NCBI GenBank assembly: GCA_046758365.1
Contig: JBHIAC010000001.1
Coordinates: 77,202 to 141,201 of the forward strand
Length of the DNA stretch: 64,000 bases
Direction: 5' to 3'
DNA from: a bacterium
Lineage (GTDB): Bacteria > Zhuqueibacterota > Zhuqueibacteria > Oceanimicrobiales > Oceanimicrobiaceae
The translations under genes and the position numbers were made by a program. Within the stretch, counting starts at the first letter, position 1. Every line of letters starts with the position of its first letter. Under the pieces are notes generated by a model. It made no database searches. It saw only the letters and a program-made list of their open reading frames with translations, and had not been told where the DNA came from. This document shows positions 38,531 to 46,760 of the stretch, one piece after another.

Positions 38531-39592
38531 ATGATTGTAAAACTTATTTTAGAAGATGGCTCAATTTTTGATGGAAAGTCCTTTGGCAGTCCTAAATCAA
38601 CTTCAGGGGAAGTCGTTTTTAATACTGGGATGGTGGGATATCCTGAGTGTTTAACGGATCCATCTTATGAGGGTCAAATTCTTATTTTAACCTATCCCTT
38701 AATCGGAAACTATGGCGTTCCTCCTCCCAATGAGCAAAAGAATGTACTTTTGGAACAGGATTTTGAGTCGGATAGAATTCATATATCTGGACTGGTGGTT
38801 TCTGAGTATTCATTAAATTACAGTCACTGGAGAGGTCATTCGAACATCGATGCCTGGTTGAAAACCCATCAGGTACCCGGTATCAGTGGAATTGATACCC
38901 GATTACTCACCCAGAAAATGCGAGATCAAGGAGCTATGCTTGGCAAAATAGTTGTGCAAGAAAAAGACATAGAATTTTTTGACCCAAATCTTGTAAATTT
39001 GGTAACCAGAGTTTCCCCTAAGAAGCCTGTTAATTATGGAACCGGCAAAAAAAGAATTTTGCTTATTGAATGCGGATGTAAATTTAACATCATTAGATCC
39101 CTTCTGAATAGAAATATTTCAGTTAAAATTGTGCCCTGGGATTGGGATATTTCCAAGGAACAGTTTGATGGCCTTGTGATTTCCAATGGTCCGGGGGATC
39201 CCAAAATGTGCATTGAAACAATTCAAAATGTCCGTAAAGCTTTAGAAGATGAGGTACCCACGTTTGGGATTTGCCTTGGCAATCAAATTTTAGCCTTGGC
39301 GGCTGGTGCAGACACCTATAAACTAAAATATGGCCATCGCAGTCAAAATCAACCCTGTATTCTTGTGGGTAGCAAACGCTGCTTTATCACTTCTCAAAAT
39401 CACGGGTATGCCGTTGACGAAAATACTTTACCGGTGGATTGGGAACCGTGGTTTTTTAACGCCAATGACGGCACTAATGAAGGGATTCGTCATCGTAGTA
39501 AACCATTTATGAGTGTGCAATTTCACCCAGAGGCCTGTCCTGGGCCTGTGGATACCAGCTTTCTTTTTGATGAATTTATTGCACTGCTTTAG
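38531..39592 (+). CDS. carA: Carbamoyl-phosphate synthase small (glutaminase) subunit
   Basis: LEDGSIFDGKSFG..GEVVFNTGMVGYPECLTDPSYEGQILILTYPLIGNYGV and the catalytic GICLGNQ..FHPE motifs. Confidence 0.95.
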   Translation: MIVKLILEDGSIFDGKSFGSPKSTSGEVVFNTGMVGYPECLTDPSYEGQILILTYPLIGNYGVPPPNEQKNVLLEQDFESDRIHISGLVVSEYSLNYSHWRGHSNIDAWLKTHQVPGISGIDTRLLTQKMRDQGAMLGKIVVQEKDIEFFDPNLVNLVTRVSPKKPVNYGTGKKRILLIECGCKFNIIRSLLNRNISVKIVPWDWDISKEQFDGLVISNGPGDPKMCIETIQNVRKALEDEVPTFGICLGNQILALAAGADTYKLKYGHRSQNQPCILVGSKRCFITSQNHGYAVDENTLPVDWEPWFFNANDGTNEGIRHRSKPFMSVQFHPEACPGPVDTSFLFDEFIALL

Positions 39593-39650
39593 ATAGGATA
39601 CACTTTGTTCGTGGGGGATTTTCTGGTGAGCTAAGCAATGGGCTTAATAG

Positions 39651-39825
39651 AAAACAAATTCGAAGTACGAAATCCGAAATTCGAAACAAATACGAATGAC
39701 CAAAATACAAAACTCCAAACTATTTGATTAGCAGAATTAGCTTTTACGGAGTTAGAAAATGTTTTGAACATTAACTATTCGAAATTTGAATTTGTTTCGG
39801 ATTTCGATATTCGATTTTCGGATTT
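39651..39825. repeat. Long imperfect inverted repeat with tandem-word arms in the carA-carB spacer
   Basis: The left arm AAAACAAATTCGAAGTACGAAATCCGAAATTCGAAACAAATACGAAT faces the right arm ATTCGAAATTTGAATTTGTTTCGGATTTCGATATTCGATTTTCGGATTT. The core AATGACCAAAATACAAAACTCCAAA lies at 39695-39719. Confidence 0.8.
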
Positions 39826-39862
39826 ATTCTTCGGTGTTTAATTTACAAATTTGGGTTTAATT

Positions 39863-42800
39863 ATGGGAATAAATGCAAAGAAAGTCTTAGTTTTGGGTAG
39901 TTCTGCCCTTAAAATTGGTGAAGCAGGTGAATTTGATTATTCTGGAAGTCAGGCGATTAAAGCGTTAAAAATGGCTGGAATTCAAACCGTATTGGTGAAT
40001 CCCAACATTGCCACGATTCAAACATCTGAACACCTGGCCGATAAAGTATATTTTCTTCCGGTTAACGCCTACTTTGTGGAAAAAGTTATTGAAAAAGAAC
40101 AACCCGATGCAATATTGTTGGCCTTTGGTGGTCAGACTGCCCTTAATTGTGGTCTTGAATTGGACAAACAAGGCATTATTGAGAAACACGACATTAAAAT
40201 CCTGGGGAGTCCCCTTTCGGCCATAAAAGATACTGAGGATCGAGGACTTTTTGTGCAGCGTCTCAAGGAGATAGACGTGAAAGTGCCATGCAGTGTGGCC
40301 GTGCATTCAACAGAAGAAGCGGTGGCGACGGCTTCAAAGATCGGATACCCTGTGATGATACGCATCGCCTTTGCCTTAGGGGGACTGGGTTCTGGTATTT
40401 GCTCTTCTGAAACCGAGGTCAGGGAACTAGCCGATAAGGCTTTTTCTTACACTAACCAAATACTAATTGAAGAATATCTTGAAGGCTGGAAAGAAGTTGA
40501 ATACGAAGTAGTGCGAGATATCCATGATAATTGTATCACTGTTTGTAATATGGAGAATTTCGACCCGTTAGGTATTCACACAGGGGAGAGTATTGTGGTA
40601 GCACCCAGCCAGACCTTGAATAACCATGAATATCACAGGCTGCGCGAAATTTCCATTAGGGTGATTCGAAATATTGGTATTGTTGGTGAATGTAATATCC
40701 AATTTGCTTTAAATCCTCGAACTGGAGATTATTGTGTCATCGAAGTGAATGCCCGTCTTTCTCGTAGTTCCGCTCTGGCTTCTAAAGCAACAGGTTATCC
40801 ATTAGCTTTCATTGCGGCTAATTTAGCTTTAGGTTTTGGATTAACCGATTTAAAAAATTCTATTACCCAATCAACCATGGCTTGCTTTGAACCCGCATTG
40901 GACTATGTGGTTGTGAAAATTCCTCGATGGGATTTGAAGAAATTCCGCAGAGTTTCTACGCGCATTGGCTCTGGAATGAAGTCTGTTGGCGAAGTGATGG
41001 CCATCGGTCGATCGTTTGAGGAAGCTTTACAGAAAGCTTTGCGAATGCTGGATATTGGTGTCTTTGGGTTAATAGGGAATGATCATCTAAGATTTGAGGA
41101 TTTAAAAAATGAACTTACTAATCCTACGGATGAACGTATCTTTGCCATTGCTCAAGCCCTAAAGTCGGGTTTTACCATTGATGAAGTCCATAAATTGACC
41201 AATATTGACCAATGGTTTCTTTATAAGGTTAAGCATATTTTAGAAGTAGAAGATTCTCTGCAACAATATGCTAATGGGTTATGTCCTAAAGGTACTTTAC
41301 TGGAGTCAAAACGTGCTGGCTTTTCTGATTATCAAATAGCTAAGATTTTAAATTGTCAAGAAGATGAAGTTCGTGGGATGCGGAAAAATTACGGCTTGAA
41401 ACCGTGTGTTAAACAGATCGATACCTTGGCCGCCGAATATCCGGCTCAGACAAACTACTTGTATCTTACCTATAATGGTATTTCTGATGACATCGAATTT
41501 CAGCACAAAAATTCTGTCATGGTATTAGGCTCTGGTGTATATCGAATTGGCAGTTCCGTAGAATTTGACTGGTGCTGTGTTAATGCAGTCATGACTTTGA
41601 GAAAAATGGGTTATCAAACCATTTTAATTAATTATAATCCGGAGACCGTGAGTACCGATTATGATGAATGCGATCGCCTCTATTTTGATGAGCTTAGCTT
41701 CGAGACTATATATGAGATTTATGAGAAAGAAAAGCCCAAGGGAATAGTTATTTCTATGGGTGGACAAATTCCCAATAATTTAGCCTTGAAGTTTCATCTA
41801 GCCGGCATGAACGTTTTGGGAACTTCTTCGGAAAACATAGACAAAGCAGAGGACCGGCATAAATTTTCAACCCTTTTAGATCAACTTAAGATTGATCAAC
41901 CGGAATGGAAAGAACTCGTTTCTCTGAAGGAAGCCAAAGCCTTTGCGGAAAAGGTTCAGTATCCGGTTCTGGTAAGACCCTCTTATGTTCTAAGCGGGGC
42001 AGCTATGGGCGTGGCTTCCACAGATGCGGAGCTAACCAATTTTCTTGAAAGAGCAATGAAGATCTCTCGAGAATATCCTGTGGTGATTAGTAAATTTTTG
42101 GTTGATGCCAAGGAAATTGAATTAGATGGAGTAGCAAAAGATGGTGAGTTAGTCGTCTACGCGATTTCTGAGCATGTGGAGAATGCAGGGGTCCATTCTG
42201 GAGATGCCACATTGGTATTACCACCCCAGAGGACCTACATCGAGACGATACGTAAAGTGCGCACCATTTCAAAGAAAATTGCCCAAGCATTGAGAATTAC
42301 CGGCCCTTTTAATATTCAGTTCATCGCTAAAGATAATGATGTGAAAGTCATCGAATGCAATCTGCGGGCTTCAAGAAGCTTTCCTTTTGTTTCAAAAGTC
42401 TACAAAATTAATTTTATTGAAATTGCTACCAGAATTCTGATGGATGCGCAGGTGGGAAAAAGCCACAAGTCCTTAATGGAACTTGAATATGTGGGTGTAA
42501 AAGCCCCACAGTTTTCTTTCACGCGTTTGCAAGGCGCAGATCCCACCTTGGGGGTGGAGATGGCTTCCACGGGTGAAGTCGGTTGTTTGGGAGATGACTT
42601 TGAAGAGGCATTTCTAAAAGCCTTAAATTCTGTTGGATTTAAATTGCCAATAAGAACAATATTAATTTCCACCGGTCCACTTGAAAATAAAGCTGAATTT
42701 ATTTCAAGTGCAAAATTGCTGAAAAACCTTGGAGTACAAATTTATGCCACCCGAGGAACATCTCACTTCATGAGACAGTACGGTATAGACACGGAAATAT

Positions 42801-43051
42801 TAAACTGGCCCTTGGAAAAAAAGCGCCCGAATGTTTTAGATTATATCCGAGATAGGAAGATAGATTTGGTCATTAATATTCCTAAAAATTACCAAGAGGA
42901 GGAACTTACCAACGATTATATCATCCGTAGGAAAGCGGTGGATTTTGGCATACCATTGATCACGAATCTGCAGCTTGCCCGAAGATTTGTTGAAGCCATG
43001 GCAAGAAAACCTCTATCTGAATTGCGAATTAAGAGCTGGAATGATTATTAA
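39863..43051 (+). CDS. carB: Carbamoyl-phosphate synthase large subunit
   Basis: KKVLVLGSSALKIGEAGEFDYSGSQAIKALK, a duplicated ATP-grasp halves and an MGS-like C-terminus. ATG 39863 is preferred over the listed TTG 39851. Confidence 0.95.
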   Translation: MGINAKKVLVLGSSALKIGEAGEFDYSGSQAIKALKMAGIQTVLVNPNIATIQTSEHLADKVYFLPVNAYFVEKVIEKEQPDAILLAFGGQTALNCGLELDKQGIIEKHDIKILGSPLSAIKDTEDRGLFVQRLKEIDVKVPCSVAVHSTEEAVATASKIGYPVMIRIAFALGGLGSGICSSETEVRELADKAFSYTNQILIEEYLEGWKEVEYEVVRDIHDNCITVCNMENFDPLGIHTGESIVVAPSQTLNNHEYHRLREISIRVIRNIGIVGECNIQFALNPRTGDYCVIEVNARLSRSSALASKATGYPLAFIAANLALGFGLTDLKNSITQSTMACFEPALDYVVVKIPRWDLKKFRRVSTRIGSGMKSVGEVMAIGRSFEEALQKALRMLDIGVFGLIGNDHLRFEDLKNELTNPTDERIFAIAQALKSGFTIDEVHKLTNIDQWFLYKVKHILEVEDSLQQYANGLCPKGTLLESKRAGFSDYQIAKILNCQEDEVRGMRKNYGLKPCVKQIDTLAAEYPAQTNYLYLTYNGISDDIEFQHKNSVMVLGSGVYRIGSSVEFDWCCVNAVMTLRKMGYQTILINYNPETVSTDYDECDRLYFDELSFETIYEIYEKEKPKGIVISMGGQIPNNLALKFHLAGMNVLGTSSENIDKAEDRHKFSTLLDQLKIDQPEWKELVSLKEAKAFAEKVQYPVLVRPSYVLSGAAMGVASTDAELTNFLERAMKISREYPVVISKFLVDAKEIELDGVAKDGELVVYAISEHVENAGVHSGDATLVLPPQRTYIETIRKVRTISKKIAQALRITGPFNIQFIAKDNDVKVIECNLRASRSFPFVSKVYKINFIEIATRILMDAQVGKSHKSLMELEYVGVKAPQFSFTRLQGADPTLGVEMASTGEVGCLGDDFEEAFLKALNSVGFKLPIRTILISTGPLENKAEFISSAKLLKNLGVQIYATRGTSHFMRQYGIDTEILNWPLEKKRPNVLDYIRDRKIDLVINIPKNYQEEELTNDYIIRRKAVDFGIPLITNLQLARRFVEAMARKPLSELRIKSWNDY

Positions 43052-43195
43052 TCGTAATGATTTAGAAGCGTGTACCTGTTTTATATTTTAATCATGCGCT
43101 CGATCCTTACCTCAAGCGGTTGGACTTTGCGATCGATTCCTTTCTCTTGGTTTTGTAATTACACCTAATCACTCAATTATATACCAAAATTTTGC

Positions 43196-43223
43196 TTGAC
43201 ATTTATTCGAATATTGTTAAACT
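43196..43223 (+). promoter_or_regulatory. Sigma-70-type promoter candidate (extended -10) upstream of the usp gene
   Basis: TTGACA (43196-43201), a 16-nt spacer ending TGT, then TAAACT (43218-43223). Confidence 0.45.
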
Positions 43224-43318
43224 TAGACTTCGGCAAAATAAGGGAATTCTTCTAATCCTTTGTTCTCTAATTTCCTTGAAATTGTAAACATAAATTTGAT
43301 CAGACAAACGGAGCTTGT

Positions 43319-44146
43319 ATGTATAGAAGCATTTTGGTTCCAATAGAGGGTACCGATTATTCAATGGCTGCCACTCATTTTGCAGTTCAAATTGCAAAAG
43401 AGTATGGTATTCAATTAAGCGGTATGGCTGTAATTGATAAACCAGATATCGAAAAATCGTTAGGCCCAGTGCCTTTGGGCGGCATGTACTATGCCCTTAA
43501 GGCGGAGGAAAAGAAATTAAGCGAAGCCGAAGCAAAAGCTCGTAATCTCGTTGATGAATTTTCAAAAGTGTGTAAAAAAGAAGGAGTGGCATTTCATTTA
43601 ATCGTTCGAGAAGGTGAACCCGTAGAGGTTATTTCAGATGAGGCCAAATATCACGACATTGCGGTGATGGGTTTAAAGACTCTATTCAAATATGGAGCAA
43701 AAGGAGACGATAATACTTTGGAAGGATATTTAAGCCATGCGGCCCAACCCGTTATTGCTGTACCTAAGGGTTACAAAACCGTCAAAAAAATTTTAATCGC
43801 CTATGATGGTGCATTACCTTCGGCACGGGCCATTCATAGTTTTGTTCAAGTTGGAATTTGGAATGACCGACAGGTAACGCTTCTCAATGTAAATGAGAAT
43901 AAAGAGGAAGGGGATGTGCTCTTAGAACGTATGAGTCATTTTCTCGAGGCTTACCAAATAAAGTTTGATAAAGTGCATGCATACGGTAAACCTGAAGAAG
44001 TCATTTTAAACTTTACAAAAGAAAAGAATTTTGACCTCATTGTTTTAGGAGCCCATAGTAAAGTTAGAATTACCAGATTTCTTTTTGGAGATACCACCAA
44101 AGTAATTTTGGCAAAGGCAGATACGCCTCTTTTTCTTGACCATTAA
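43319..44146 (+). CDS. Universal stress protein, tandem Usp domains
   Basis: Two Usp-like halves (MYRSILVPIEGTDYS..; KKILIAYDGALPS..LIVLGAHSK..FLFGDTT). Confidence 0.8.
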   Translation: MYRSILVPIEGTDYSMAATHFAVQIAKEYGIQLSGMAVIDKPDIEKSLGPVPLGGMYYALKAEEKKLSEAEAKARNLVDEFSKVCKKEGVAFHLIVREGEPVEVISDEAKYHDIAVMGLKTLFKYGAKGDDNTLEGYLSHAAQPVIAVPKGYKTVKKILIAYDGALPSARAIHSFVQVGIWNDRQVTLLNVNENKEEGDVLLERMSHFLEAYQIKFDKVHAYGKPEEVILNFTKEKNFDLIVLGAHSKVRITRFLFGDTTKVILAKADTPLFLDH

Positions 44147-44148
44147 TC

Positions 44149-44251
44149 AAAAGCTAACCTTCTTACATGATGAAAAATACTTTGATAATTAATGATTTAC
44201 ACAATTTCTTCAAATACATATTTTAATTTAAGTTAAAAGAGGTTAGCTTTT
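44149..44251 (+). repeat. Palindromic intergenic element, copy B
   Basis: Arms are AAAAGCTAACCTTCTT (44149-44164) and AAGAGGTTAGCTTTT (44237-44251). The interior block TGATAATTAATGATTTAC matches copy A TGATTATTAATGAGTTAC. Confidence 0.85.
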
Positions 44252-44264
44252 TTAGGGATACTAC

Positions 44265-45800
44265 ATGCGAAAAATAATCATTCCGATATTGATTTTATTA
44301 TCACTCTTTTATTTCACTTCATTGTTTGGTCAAAGTCATAGCGAATTAAGTTCGGAGGAACATTCAGAAGCATTTGGGATAGGAACTAAATTACCTCTTT
44401 GGAGCATCATTCCATTTATCGGTATTTTGCTGTCAATAGCCATCTGTCCCTTAGCCGTAGGCGAATTCTGGCATCATCATTTTGGGAAAGTTTCTGCATT
44501 CTGGGCTTTAGTATTTGCTATTCCATTTTTATTGGCCTACCATGATGAAGCTATTCATGAAATTCTTCATATTTATATCATCGATTATTTTCCATTTATT
44601 ATCCTTCTCTGGTCTCTTTTTACTGTTGCAGGGGGAATTCTGGTTGAAGGGACTATAGTTGGGACCCCATTAGTTAATACGTTCATGTTACTCATCGGAA
44701 CGGCGATGGCATCATGGATTGGCACCACCGGGGCCGCCATGGTTATGATTCGACCGGTTTTGAGAGCCAATGATTTTCGAAAAAAGAAAGTTCATATCGT
44801 GGTGTTTTTCATTTTTTTGGTTGCTAACATTGGTGGCTCATTAACACCCTTGGGCGACCCGCCGCTTTATCTTGGCTTTCTGCACCACGTGCCATTTTTC
44901 TGGACTTTAAATTTAATCAAGCCAATGGGACTCATTGCTATAATTCTTTTGGGTTTGTTTTTTTTAATAGATACTTTAATGTACAAACGAGAAAAGAAGG
45001 AAGGTCCATCCATAACCGAGGAAGAAGCGAAAGAATCTGTGGTTACGGTTAATTCAGAGATGGCAGAGGTACCCATTAATCCTGGCACACAGGCGATAAT
45101 TCAAACTCAGGCATTGCGAATCCGGGGACTGTTTAATTTTATATTTTTGGCAGGCGTGATGGGAGGCGTATTAATGAGTGGCCTTGTAAATATAGGTGAT
45201 ATTACCATCTTAGGGGTTCATACCAAAATTCAATATCTGCTAAGAGAAGTGATTTTATTACTTATGGGATTTCTGTCCTTAAAATTAACGTCTCAAAAAA
45301 TACGGGAAACAAATGAATTTAATTGGTTTCCCATAAAAGAAGTGGCTTATCTTTTTGCCGGCATTTTTATGACCATTGTGCCGGCGCTTGCCATACTACG
45401 AGCTGGCGAGGCGGGACATCTTGATTTTCTGATTAGGTTTGTAAAGGAACCCAAACATTATTTTTGGGTCACTGGCAGTCTGTCGAGCTTTTTAGATAAT
45501 GCTCCAACTTATCTGACATTTTTGAATACAGCGTTAGGTAAATTCTATGCAGGCACCAGTTTAATTGAGAGCCAAATGGTGGCTAAATTAATCAATGAAA
45601 ACGGGGTATTTCTATTGGCTATTTCAACTGGAGCCGTATTTTTTGGTGCTAATACCTATATAGGAAATGCACCAAATTTCATGGTTAAAACCATTGCCCA
45701 ATCAAGAGGGGTGAATATGCCCAGCTTTTTTGGTTATATGCTGTGGTCAGTAGTAATTTTAATTCCAATGTTTCTGATCGTATCCTGGATTTTCTTTTAA
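44265..45800 (+). CDS. Ion-transporter-superfamily permease (ArsB/NhaD/CitMHS-like; usually annotated sodium:proton antiporter)
   Basis: 511 aa, polytopic. Motifs TTGAAMVMIRPVLRAN and ANIGGSLTPLGDPPLYLGFL. Its stop overlaps the nuoJ start (TAATG). Confidence 0.65.
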   Translation: MRKIIIPILILLSLFYFTSLFGQSHSELSSEEHSEAFGIGTKLPLWSIIPFIGILLSIAICPLAVGEFWHHHFGKVSAFWALVFAIPFLLAYHDEAIHEILHIYIIDYFPFIILLWSLFTVAGGILVEGTIVGTPLVNTFMLLIGTAMASWIGTTGAAMVMIRPVLRANDFRKKKVHIVVFFIFLVANIGGSLTPLGDPPLYLGFLHHVPFFWTLNLIKPMGLIAIILLGLFFLIDTLMYKREKKEGPSITEEEAKESVVTVNSEMAEVPINPGTQAIIQTQALRIRGLFNFIFLAGVMGGVLMSGLVNIGDITILGVHTKIQYLLREVILLLMGFLSLKLTSQKIRETNEFNWFPIKEVAYLFAGIFMTIVPALAILRAGEAGHLDFLIRFVKEPKHYFWVTGSLSSFLDNAPTYLTFLNTALGKFYAGTSLIESQMVAKLINENGVFLLAISTGAVFFGANTYIGNAPNFMVKTIAQSRGVNMPSFFGYMLWSVVILIPMFLIVSWIFF

Positions 45801-46315
45801 TGATAACTTTTCTATTTTTTTTATTTGCTAGCATAGCTATAGCTTCCGCAATCATGATGCTTGTTCATCGGAATCCCATCTACTGTGCTCTGTTCTTAAT
45901 TGTGACCCTGTTTGCATTGGCTGGCCTTTACGTTTTATTGAATGCACCATTTATAGCAGCGGTTCATGTCATCGTTTATACTGGTGCTATTATGGTCTTG
46001 TTTTTATTTGTCATAATGCTCTTAAATCTTAAAAGTGATATTGCCAAAGAGCGACCTAGTTGGCTGTTACAGATGCTGGGTATAATTGTAGCGGGCATTT
46101 TTTTTATTGAGCTCGCTTTTTTTGTGCATTCTGGTTCCAATAGTGCATCGGCTGCCGCATCATTTATAAAATCAGGAAATCAACTCGGTAGTACCAAAGC
46201 TATTGGTAATTTGCTTTTTACCGAATACTTACTTCCTTTTGAGATCGCCTCTGTTTTGCTCCTGGCTGCTATTATTGGTTCTGTGATTTTAGCTAAGCGG
46301 AAATTAAAAGAATGA
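45800..46315 (+). CDS. nuoJ: NADH-quinone oxidoreductase subunit J
   Basis: [70 protein letters not shown] 45800 is preferred over the listed 45743, which overlaps the permease gene. Confidence 0.85.
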   Translation: MITFLFFLFASIAIASAIMMLVHRNPIYCALFLIVTLFALAGLYVLLNAPFIAAVHVIVYTGAIMVLFLFVIMLLNLKSDIAKERPSWLLQMLGIIVAGIFFIELAFFVHSGSNSASAAASFIKSGNQLGSTKAIGNLLFTEYLLPFEIASVLLLAAIIGSVILAKRKLKE

Positions 46316-46617
46316 TTGTACCAATTTCTTATTATTTAATCTTAAGCGGAATTTTATTTACCATAGGCGTTATTGGTGTGCTTACCCGACGCAACGCCAT
46401 AGTGATTTTTATGTCCATCGAGCTCATGCTCAACGCTGTTAATTTAACCCTAATTACTTTTTCTAATCATTTAAATACCCTGGACGGTCAAATATTTGTA
46501 TTTTTTGTGATGGTCGTAGCAGCAGCAGAAGTAGCGGTTGGTTTGGCTCTCATTGTGGCTATTTTTCGAGTAAAAGAATCGGTATACGTAGATGAAATTA
46601 ATTTGATGAAATGGTAA
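46312..46617 (+). CDS. nuoK: NADH-quinone oxidoreductase subunit K
   Basis: 101 aa, three TM helices. [37 protein letters not shown]. Confidence 0.9.
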   Translation: MIVPISYYLILSGILFTIGVIGVLTRRNAIVIFMSIELMLNAVNLTLITFSNHLNTLDGQIFVFFVMVVAAAEVAVGLALIVAIFRVKESVYVDEINLMKW

Positions 46618-46621
46618 GGTT

Positions 46622-46732
46622 AGCGAATAGAGAATAGTGAATAGGAAATAGAATTCAGAATATAAGGTTTACGGGACGCCACAATGACACTCACTATTCA
46701 CTTTTCGCTATTCACTATTCACCATTCAGATT
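46622..46732. repeat. Inverted repeat with GAATAG-type word arms in the nuoK-nuoL spacer
   Basis: GAATAGTGAATAG (46632-46644) pairs perfectly with CTATTCACTATTC (46708-46720). Flanking words (GCGAATAGA.., ..CACTATTCACTTTTCG..) extend the arms imperfectly. Confidence 0.8.
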
Positions 46733-46760
46733 GCAAAACCAAATTGATTAGCGAAGTAAG

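Noticed and set aside
39696-39731. Mini-ORFs starting MTKIQNSK here and at 51951-52001, considered as real peptide genes.
   Set aside because: They are 11 and 16 codons long, have no RBS, and diverge completely after the shared 8 codons. The conservation is better explained at the nucleotide level as a repeat core. A decayed start of a formerly longer gene cannot be excluded.
39651-39825. Tandem short words (CGAAAT.., TTTCGG..) considered as a CRISPR array or minisatellite.
   Set aside because: The units are 6-8 nt, irregular and arranged as two opposing arms. There are no 25-40-nt repeats with unique spacers and no cas genes.
45743-45799. Upstream extension of the nuoJ ORF (MVSSNFNSNVSDRILDFLL).
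   Set aside because: It lies inside the permease gene. The conserved NuoJ sequence starts at the ATG overlapping the permease stop.
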